Shown here: one piece after another, positions 54,220 to 64,000 of the stretch | Numbering within the stretch: position 1 is the first letter of the stretch | How the letters are laid out: the number at the start of each line of letters is the position of its first letter | Assembly: GCA_951406725.2 (NCBI GenBank) | Contig: OX597827.1 | Location: 80,972,001 to 81,036,000, forward strand | Source of the DNA: Octopus vulgaris | Taxonomy: Eukaryota | Direction: 5' to 3' | DNA: 64,000 nt | Notes under the pieces: generated by a model | What the model saw: the letters and a program-made list of their open reading frames with translations, nothing else | Database searches by the model: none | What the model was told of the DNA's origin: nothing | Translations under genes and position numbers: made by a program

Positions 54220-56649
54220 ATGGAGAAGACACGATGTGAACTCGCCATACTGTCTTTTGCTCTGCTGCTTATTTACCTGCCAGGTAATCTTTCTGTGGAC
54301 TTAACTTACCATGTAAGAGAAGAGAAGGCCCCATGGACATACATAGGGGACATTACAGTGGATTCTCAGCTTCTGCATACTGTGCCCTTTGGGGAGCACA
54401 ACCAGATTACGTTTGACCAGCTTCATGTGAGGCGGTCTAACAGTGTCCAGTTGTTTAATGTGACATCGTCTGGCAAGCTGTACACTGCCCAGACCCTCGA
54501 TGCCGAATCCCTTTGTTCTTACAAGATGGAATGTTTTAGAATCATCAAAATTGCTGTTCATAAATTCCAGACCTTCATGAAGATCCTCAAAGTGAAAATC
54601 GTTGTTGATGATATAAATGACAATCAACCTGAGTTTCCAGAGAAACAAATAAGTATTGTTTTCTCGGAAGGTGATGCCAAGGAAATGGCCAAACCAATTC
54701 CAAATGCCATTGACGAAGATGTGGGGCTTCAGAATTCTCAGATTAAATATGAATTGCAGAAAACAGACAATGAACCATTTGCATTATCAGTGACAAAGAG
54801 AATAACGGGCAGCTACAAGTTGGCCATAATCCTGACCCAGAAACTTGACCGGGAAACCAAAGACAAATACAATGTGGAGATTATTGCTGCAGACAATGGC
54901 CGGCCGGTCAACAGGAATTCGTTACGGGTTCAAATCACAGTGACAGACGTTAATGACAATGCTCCAGTGTTCACTCAGAACATCAACAATGTCTCGATCA
55001 AATCCACACATCCAAAGGACCGCCCGGTTGTAATTCTGTCTGCAAATGATCCAGATTTAGACGAGAATGCCAAAATCAAGTTCCAATATAGCTCAGAGAC
55101 TTCTGATGTGGCCAGAAGAGGTTTTAAACTCAATTCACAAACAGGAGAAATATTTATGGTAAAGAATGTCTCATCAGGTCAGAAAGTGATGCACAAGTTA
55201 TTGGTGGAGGCCCAGGACAACGGCCTGCCACAGTTGAGTTCATCTGCCATAGTTTATATAAATATCATCAACCAACAGAACAACGCACCTGAAATTGAGG
55301 TGAACTTTGTGTCCGAACTGAAGAAAAACACAGCCAGAATATCCGAGGACACCAAAGTCGGTAGCTTTATTGCTTATGTCAGTGTTATTGACAACGATGT
55401 TGGACTTAATGGGCAAGTGGAATGTAGAATTGAGCAGGATAATTTCCTGCTCCTTAATTTAGGGTCCAATGAATATAAAGTCACATTAAAGAAGCCAGTC
55501 GACCGTGAAATTAAAGATCGTTACAGTATCACCATATCCTGCCAAGATAATGGTTCACCTTCGTTAGTAACCAACAGAAAATTCGCTATCCAAGTCACAG
55601 ATGTTAACGATGTCCAACCAAAGTTTACAAAAGATGTATTTAAATTCTTAACTTATGAAAACGAACGAGCCAACTTTCCAATTGGGTACGTGAATGTCAC
55701 CGACTTTGATTTAGGCAGTGGTGGTCAGTTGACATTTGTTCTGTTAAGTGGCATCAATGATAACCTTCCATTCCAAATAACTGACTACGGTTTTATTTCA
55801 ACAACTCAATCTTTAGACCGAGAAAGACAGGAAAGTTACAAGTTTAAAATATTTGTCAAAGACAATGGAACCCCACCCCTAAACAATACAGCTAATGTGG
55901 TGGTGGAGATTTTAGACCAAAACGACAATGCACCCTATTTTACTTTCCCTGGGGTCAGCCCTTTCAGCCTTGATGTCCATTACCATCCACAGAGTAAGAA
56001 CGACATCACAGTCCTGAGGGCTTCTGACAGAGACAGCCATGTGAATTCATTTCTTAGCTACAACATGATTGGAAATAATGTCAAACAATTATTTAAAGTG
56101 AATCCTTACACTGGGGTTTTGTCTTTTGCACGGCCAGTTTACCAAAACGATGCTGGATCCTATCAGCTGGAGTTTGTTGTGAAAGACAGTGGTACCCCAG
56201 TCCTGTCGGCAACAACTAGTATATCTTTGACACTGACTGTTAGTAACAAGACATCACCAATGCTGGCACCAGTTCACATGGAAGCTGATAATATGATTAA
56301 CATCACGTGGGTTATCGTCATAGTAACAACAGCTGTGGTAGTGTCCGTAGCTGTTGTTATTACTTTAACTGTTTGTATTGTCAGGTGTAACAATCAAAGA
56401 CACAATTCCCACCTGGCTGGCATGAACGCAGCCATGCCTGCTGCGGGCAGGGATAAAAGCCATTTCTTCTTTCAACCTAAAAAACCTATTCCTGCTACGA
56501 TGCTTTCGGCAGAGATGAGGGACAGGAGTACTCAGCTAATGGAACCAGAGAGTGAGTTCTACCCACAATACGAGTCACAGAGTGAATGGACAACATCAAC
56601 AGCAGACAGAAGACAACCATCGGTATTACTGGTATGTATCATTTTCTAA
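54220..56649 (+). CDS. Pcdh: Protocadherin (cephalopod-expansion type): signal peptide, 6 cadherin repeats, TM helix and start of cytoplasmic tail in one large exon
   Basis: Uninterrupted frame of about 809 codons. Signal peptide LAILSFALLLIYLPG. EC1 C-X5-C loop (CSYKMEC). Linkers DINDNQPEF, DVNDNAPVF, NQQNNAPEI, DVNDVQPKF and DQNDNAPYF. LDRE/VDRE and AxDxD motifs. TM WVIVIVTTAVVVSVAVVITLTVCIV (56308-56382). The listed GTG start at 54190 is the G of an acceptor AG, so the first ATG is 54220. A phase-0 donor CTG|GTATGT at 56631/56632 suggests the true C-terminus is in downstream exons. Confidence 0.95.
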   Translation: MEKTRCELAILSFALLLIYLPGNLSVDLTYHVREEKAPWTYIGDITVDSQLLHTVPFGEHNQITFDQLHVRRSNSVQLFNVTSSGKLYTAQTLDAESLCSYKMECFRIIKIAVHKFQTFMKILKVKIVVDDINDNQPEFPEKQISIVFSEGDAKEMAKPIPNAIDEDVGLQNSQIKYELQKTDNEPFALSVTKRITGSYKLAIILTQKLDRETKDKYNVEIIAADNGRPVNRNSLRVQITVTDVNDNAPVFTQNINNVSIKSTHPKDRPVVILSANDPDLDENAKIKFQYSSETSDVARRGFKLNSQTGEIFMVKNVSSGQKVMHKLLVEAQDNGLPQLSSSAIVYINIINQQNNAPEIEVNFVSELKKNTARISEDTKVGSFIAYVSVIDNDVGLNGQVECRIEQDNFLLLNLGSNEYKVTLKKPVDREIKDRYSITISCQDNGSPSLVTNRKFAIQVTDVNDVQPKFTKDVFKFLTYENERANFPIGYVNVTDFDLGSGGQLTFVLLSGINDNLPFQITDYGFISTTQSLDRERQESYKFKIFVKDNGTPPLNNTANVVVEILDQNDNAPYFTFPGVSPFSLDVHYHPQSKNDITVLRASDRDSHVNSFLSYNMIGNNVKQLFKVNPYTGVLSFARPVYQNDAGSYQLEFVVKDSGTPVLSATTSISLTLTVSNKTSPMLAPVHMEADNMINITWVIVIVTTAVVVSVAVVITLTVCIVRCNNQRHNSHLAGMNAAMPAAGRDKSHFFFQPKKPIPATMLSAEMRDRSTQLMEPESEFYPQYESQSEWTTSTADRRQPSVLLVCIIF

Positions 56650-56754
56650 ATAAGACCTTGGTGTTTCAGGTGAAAGAGTGGAAGATGGGATGGGGTGGTG
56701 GTGTCAATTTGGGGATGTCTTCAAAGTTGGAACAGATGTGTGATCAATGTTATT

Positions 56755-56965
56755 TACCTATTTCTTTACTACCCACAAGGGGCTAAACACAGAGGGGACA
56801 GACAAACGGATTAAGTCAATTAACTGGTATTTAATTTATCGACCCCGAAAGGATGAAAGGCAAAGTCGACCTTGGCGGAATTTGAACTCAGAACGTAACG
56901 GCAGATGAAATGCAGCTAAGTATTTCGCCCGATGTGCTAACAATTCTGCCAGCGCGCTGCCTTGA
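56755..56965 (-). mobile_element. SINE family B (tRNA-like head; gtcgactttgcctttcatcctttcggggtcgataaa domain)
   Basis: Minus-strand box B gagttcaaattc. Other copies at about 28325-28530(+), 35965-36115(-), 52490-52600(+), 57780-58140(+) and 58808-59015(+). Confidence 0.75.
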
Positions 56966-58807
56966 TATTATTTACCTTCACCTGAACACCTCATCTTAGC
57001 CATAATCCATCAATCTAGGGATTTATGACCATCAAATCATTTCCTTGGGCATTGTTCATTTAAAACTACATTTTCTTATATCACTCTTTTCAAGAGAGTA
57101 ATATGTATTTGGAGGGAGTTTTGGCTATTTCTAGCAGGTCAAGTGACCACAAAGAGGCACCCCCCCCCACCACCATTGGTTTGCAAAGAAGATGTGGTTT
57201 GGGGTGGGTGGGTGACTGGAGGATGTAATTGGTCATCACCCCCCAGTTTCCTTAGACACTCTCCCCAACTCACTAACCTATTTGTCTGAAGCCAGATATA
57301 TCCTGATCCAGTGATAATCCTAATACACTCTAATCCTGGATACTCAATAAAGGCTAATTAAACTCTCTTATTTCGTCCATTCTATTCGTCTTCTCAACAT
57401 TTCTCTTGTGTTTTCAAATTTTATTTTTAAAGGAAAATATCCTAATTACTGTGAAACTAGAAACAAAACAAAACAGATTAACGAACTAACAAACTCTACC
57501 AACAATTTAATTAAAATATTTGCTGTGGTTGCTCGTTGTAGACATGGTGGCACCAAATGGCAATTCACCAAAGACTAAATGCTCTGTGAGAAGAAGTTAG
57601 TTAGCAGCTGTTGTGCCAGCTGACCATTCCAGATCCAGTGGCCTTCATCCATCGCTTCATCTTACTTTTAACTTTTGAATTGTTCGTTTTGAAGAAAAAT
57701 ATTTTCTAATTAACAGTAATTAAATTAAGCATGAATTGGAAATTGTTTTGTAAATGTAGTTTCTAATGGCCGGATGGAATGCCAGAAAATGACTGAGAAC
57801 AGGTTTTGTGGCATTTCTTCCAACTCTTTACATTTTGAGTTCAAATACTGCTGAGGTCAGCTTCACTTTCATTGATTCAGGGTTTGTAATATAAAGTACG
57901 AATGAAGTGCCAAGGCTGATGTAAGCAAAATTGCTGGCCTTGTGTCAAAAATTTGAAGGAATTATTACATGTGCTGCCTCCAGCTCTATAGACTCTGAGT
58001 TCAAATCCCATGAAGACCTACTTCATCTTTCATCCTTTTGGGGCCGATAAAGTCAAATAGAGGGGCTCTTGTAATTGACACCCACCACCACCACCACAAC
58101 CACTGATCTATAATTACTAGCCTTGGGTCAAGACTACAAACCATTATTACATATACAGTGTGTAGAAGCAGTGTCAGATTTAGAAGAAGAAATGCCCTAC
58201 ATGATTTCATTTGTAAGGTCTCCCCTTAATTACCGATGACCGGCTCAAAAATATTTTACATTTTGGCCAAATTTGCTCTAGATTTTGAGTGTCATTGGCT
58301 TCAACCTGGTGAACGCTTAGGTGAACCTGAGAAAGCAGAAGTGGTCCCCAGACAGAGATCTAGACCCATCTGAGAACCAGGAAGTGGTGTTAATCCATGG
58401 ATTAAGTTTACAAGCCAAGAGATTAGGCATAATCCACACTGTCTCTCCATCTATCACATTTCACTGAAAGAGCATTGGTTTATACAAAGCTATAGCAGAA
58501 AATACTGAGATTGAAACTGAAGCCATGGACACACAAAGCCAATTTGCTCACCTGTCAAACATGTCTACCTTTATGACAATATGTGTACAGTCTAATATAC
58601 TTAATGAGTGTGTATCTTTAATAATTAAATTAGTATATATCATGCATCAACTTCAAAATTTAATTGAAAATAAGACAACACAAACTTAGAGGCTGGTATC
58701 TATGATCACAAGTAAGGATTACAATTGTGGATTATGTTTCAGTGTTATTAGACTTCCTCAGTGGAAGTTGTGATGACAGAATCACTAATTGGACTTCAAT
58801 ATTAAAG

Positions 58808-59015
58808 AAGCTGGCAGAATCGTTAGCACACCGAGTGAAATGCTTAGTGGCATTTCGTCTGTCTTTATGTTCTGAGTTCAAATTCAGCCGGAGCCAATTT
58901 TGCCTTTTATCCTTTCAGAGAGGTTAATATAGAGTACCAGTTGGGTACTGGGGTGGATGGAATTGACTTACCCCTCCTCCGAAATTGCTGGCCTGGTGCC
59001 AAACTTGAAACCAAT
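58808..59015 (+). mobile_element. SINE family B
   Basis: agctggcagaatcgttagcac...ttctgagttcaaattc...tgccttttatcctttc...gtaccagtt. Confidence 0.75.
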
Positions 59016-60115
59016 ATTAAACATATGCAGGAGTGAGAAATTAAGATAATTAAAGAAATTAAGCTCAATGCTTTATTAGAAACTCTTTATCATGTGGATA
59101 ATGTCTTTGTGGCATTTCAGTGAATAATTATTTTAAATATATCAACGACTACTTTGGAAAGAGAGAGTGAGAGAGGGGGAAGAGAGAGTGAGAGAGGGGG
59201 AAGAGAGATTAGGTTTCACTCAAGAATCTTCAACAAAAATGTGAAACATGGTCACAGTTATCTCCCTTCCTTTCTCACACTGACAATATGTCGATTATCA
59301 GCTAATATCAAGTGTATTTTATTAACATATAACATACACACACACACTGGCACATACTTACTCATATATATGCATACATACGTAATATGCAACATATATT
59401 ATCATATATATATACATATATAATAATAAAGGGTAAAATCATTAATGATTTTTACCAAGTGGTCAGCGTGGAAATAATAGCTCATAGGTAAATTTTATAA
59501 ATATTTTGTAATTATATACATAATTATAACAAGGTCTTGGCTTGTGCCTCACCAAGCACTGAAAAATAGACGTCAAGAGACACTATTACCACCATAAATT
59601 CTCTGCGAAAGACACACCATATAATAGATACACACATATATGAAACATATATGTAACATACACATACACACACATATTGCAATATAGACAATATATGCAG
59701 AGAGTATATAACCACTATATGAACACTAAATATATCATATATGTTGATGGCATATAAAAACAATGTATATATAAAGTACAAGTATAGACAACATTTGAGG
59801 ACATTTATAAACATTGATATTTTTTTTCTTTTCAGTTGCCCACCCGGATACAGAAATGTTGAAAAACTGAGACAGTGGGTACCCGCCATGTACCCTGGAG
59901 ATAGCTTTTGGGTAACCCTGGTTTAACTCTAGACTTGTCTATCCTTCTGGCTGGCAGTGAAAGATTTACCTTCAGATAAAGCAAAGGAGATACGATAATT
60001 AACAAGATGAAGTCACACACACACTTTTATTAAAGCTGGAAAATTCTTTGTAAACTGTTACTCTGAGTTTCATGTTGCTTTTCATTGTTGGACAGTTCTG
60101 GTCATATAATTTATG

Positions 60116-60146
<31 letters not shown>

Positions 60147-60327
60147 GTATCAAAAGAAAAACAGGACGCAAAGGATTTTGCAGTACATATGTTTCGGGCT
60201 TTATTGAACAATATGCGTCCTGTTTTTCTTTTGATACATATATCCTATCACCTATACCACTAGCTGGCATATACAGGTGCTTACATTTATCAAGTATCCA
60301 CCCTGAATTTATTGTATATATATATAT

Positions 60328-60361
<34 letters not shown>

Positions 60362-60399
60362 ATACATATATGTATATCTTATGTGTGTGTGTGTGTGTG

Positions 60400-60700
60400 T
60401 TTGTCACAGAGGTTTGTTGCTCTGCAGACGAGGGCATCTTTTCAAATACCAGTGAGAAGGAAAACATTTATGGACAACTGCTTCAAAACCTGCAGCACTT
60501 CCCCGCTAATTACAAATTCACATTTATACCACTAATTATCGGTGTGCTTGGTTACGTAATTTACTGCTTAACGAACAATGTCAAAATACAGTGGTTTCAA
60601 GCTAAAAAGCGACCAAGTAACAAACCCTTCACAAATAAAATCTGTAAGTGGAACAGTGAAAATATACAACACATTTCTAAAGTGAAACCAGTGGCTTTGG
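60400..60700 (+). mobile_element. C-terminal restriction-like endonuclease fragment of an R4/NeSL-type non-LTR retrotransposon
   Basis: VTEVCCSAD...EKENIYGQL...YKFTFIPLIIGVLG matches the RLE pattern (I/V)E...P.D......K..KY..L.......PI.IG.LG. Confidence 0.6.
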
Positions 60701-61272
60701 CCTGTTCTTTGTTGGCTAAATTTCAATCCTCCTGTTTTATTGGTTTGTTAGAGAAAGGTTCCCTTCTTTATCAAAAAATATTTCAATCATTAAAGAAAGC
60801 ATTATATATAATTATACAATCACACAAACATATGCAAACACTTAGATACAAAAATATACAAATGTACAATTGATCCCCCCCCCCCCCACACACACACACA
60901 TACATGCACACGTGCATAAACAGTGAATAGCCGTAACAAGAAAAGGGGCAGAAAGAAAGAAAGAAAGAAAGAAAGAAAAGGTGGAAGGAAGGAGGTGAAC
61001 ATGGTAAAACAAGTCCTTTGTTGTTTGGTCCCTGAGAAAACTGGTCGTGTCCATTGAGATTGAACCGGTTGACGTGTAATCAGTATTGAACACTTAAACG
61101 AAATCAATATGGCTTTGAGAGAAAGTCAATCACCTGATAGAGTTTTATCAGGATTTTATTGATGGATGGGCATAAGGGACGGGGGGGGGGGGAGTTTCTC
61201 ATTGGCTATGGGGTGGAAAGGGGTGACGCTGGTGACGATGGCATGTGTGCATGGGTGTATGTACATACATAC

Positions 61273-61305
<33 letters not shown>

Positions 61306-62252
61306 TATTTACACATATATATATATATATATATATGTATGTATATATATATGTATATATAATATATATATATGTGTGTATATATATGTATATATGTATA
61401 TATATATATATATGTGTGTGTGTGGGTGGGGTGTATACATTTATATATACATATATATATATATGCACATATGTGTATATATACATGTGTGTGTGTATGT
61501 GTGCAGATATATGCATATCTGTGTATGTACACATATATTTCCTCCATGTACACATATACATACATATATACATGTATATATGTATATATGTATATATGTA
61601 TATATATATATATATGTGTGTGTGGGGGGGGTGTATACATTTATATATACATATATATATATATGCACATACATGTATATATACATGTGTGTGTGTATGT
61701 GTGTGTATGTGTGCAGATATATGCATATCTGTGTATGTACACATATATTACCTCCATGTACACATACACATACATATATGCATGTGTGTGTGTATATATA
61801 TATATATATATACACACACACAACCAAGCTATGTTCAATATGTGGTCTGTGGTTTGTGTGTGAGTAAATAATTATTCTCATATTTGTTAGCACTGCTTTG
61901 ATATGTGCGTATATATGCTGGGTATATAAATCTGTCTGTATTTACATTTCCATGTACATATATATACATTTGTATCCATATACGTATGTGCGTGTGTATA
62001 TATTTCTATATACTCTATATTATGTATGTGTTCATATTTTTTTGATATCAATCAGCATCAAAGTACGTTTTCATGCATGCAATGTGTATGCAAAGTTCTT
62101 TAAATATACATTTCCCCTGTGAGTATATATGTATGTGTTTATTACGGACATATGGCTCTGTGCCTGTATGTAAGTATATGTGTGTGTGTGAGATGTATGC
62201 ATGTCTGTAAGTATGCTTATGTATTATGTACATATGTATGTGAGTGTATATT

Positions 62253-62340
<88 letters not shown>

Positions 62341-62483
62341 GATGTGTATATATATACATGTATATATATATATGTGTGTATGTGTATATATTTACAAACA
62401 TATACACACGTATATATATACCCATTTGTGCATTTGTGATGGTGTGCTTTAATATGCATTTATTTCTATTTATATATGTATAC

Positions 62484-62584
<101 letters not shown>

Positions 62585-64000
62585 ATATAAATATTTATAT
62601 GAATGCATGCATATATGTGTGTGCGTGTGCATGTGTACTCAAATGTAAATAAATACTATATCTATCTGTAAATACATTAATCTGTGTATGTGTAAATAAC
62701 AAAATAAATCATGGTTTTTTTTCCTAAATTTGTGTTTGTGTTTTTCCATTCTGACCTGATGTAAAATTGCAGCATATTGCTTAGTATTGGTCAATATTGG
62801 CCAGTCTGTAATATAACAACATTTCCAAGTTATTAACACACTGTGATGTTGCTATGGTAGTCTTAATTGTGGTTATCCTGTTGTTTAATATGAAAGAAGA
62901 ACAACCTAAAGTTGGACTGAAGTTATACTTCCAAAATGAAATCGCTTTTAACACAGAAACCAACTAAACTGACAGAAACGAACTCTACATGCAACAACAC
63001 AAAAGCTTTCCTCCTTAGTCAAGTAATGCTGAAGCAAGGATATATGAAGCAGATGTCACTTCCATAAGTGAACAGTTACAGAAGGTATAATCACTATGTA
63101 TGTATGTTCAAAGGTAAATTCCATCATAACTCTTCTTCCAAGCAAATAGAAATGAAGATGATAGCTTTACTTTATTATTTCTGGAAACTGAAAAAACTTA
63201 AATTTAATTTTGATAACAAGTGAGCAATATAGACCATACAGAAATGCACATAAACCCCATGTGTTATTTACACATGTAGTCTATGTATAGCTGAAAACAG
63301 TTTCATACTCCAAAGTATTAGATTGGAGTAATTATTTTCAGATCAGAGATTGTTATAAATGCCACCACATTAGAAAATACCTGCAAAAATATTAGATCAC
63401 CTTACTATCAGATTAAATACATTGACATTGAACTTTCACATTTTAATCTCTTTATTTATACATTCACATTATCTTTTGATTTTATATACCATAATTGGAT
63501 CATCTTCATCAAGTTTTACTCGATAATTGATCTTCCTAAACTCAACATAATTTTTCTAACTCATTATATTTCACTATGGATTTCAATTTCACAAAATCTT
63601 CAACATACATGGAATATAATTGAACAAAACCAGTATTTATATGTGATGGGTTGTGTCTTTTATTGCAAACTTTACCAGGACACATGACAGAGAACCTCCT
63701 CTCCTTGTAAAAGCAGGTGTTTTCTTTTGAATTAATGGCTATTTTGTGTTGATGTGGTTGTTGTTTGATGAGTGTTTGTTTATTGAACAAAAGTTGAAGT
63801 AATGATGCTGCTCTGTCAACTATATCCTGTGTGTGTGTTTGTGTGTAAATAAACACAGCATAGACAGATACAGGCATATCAACTACTATACTTGATCTTT
63901 TAGAGTCATCTCCAGTTCCAGATGATGTGTCATAATTACCAAATGGCAAAGAAGACCATCGCCATCTTAGAAGGAGAGATAATCTCATGGATCAAGAATT

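Noticed and set aside
63542-63988. 148-aa minus-strand ORF at the window end
   Set aside because: No recognisable motif and frame changes downstream. It may be a decayed transposon but cannot be assigned by eye.

Overview
Repeat-rich animal genomic DNA, most likely a coleoid cephalopod (Octopus-like). This is inferred from a large single-exon 6-EC protocadherin, tRNA-headed SINEs and an extreme (TA)n/(CA)n/(TATC)n load. The only intact host gene is the protocadherin large coding exon (ATG 54220, read-through stop 56649, likely donor at 56631/56632). It is preceded by a splice acceptor, so much of the upstream 54 kb may be intron. The rest is microsatellite, minisatellite (12, 34 and 36 bp units) and decayed mobile DNA: RTE LINE pieces and tails, several SINE families, mariner, DD37D/maT, Tigger- and hAT-like MITEs, a Ty3/gypsy remnant and R4/NeSL-like LINE pieces. 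Nearly all supplied ORFs are microsatellite artefacts. Two hidden RNA-structure layers stand out. (1) About ten hammerhead-ribozyme motifs lie in short non-coding Penelope-like inserts in (TA)n tracts. Many have an unusually long stem II, several are in inverted (both-strand) pairs, and one is split by a mariner insertion. (2) Variable-number tandem H-type pseudoknot modules occur in the RTE 3' UTR. All structures were derived by eye and have not been computed or tested.
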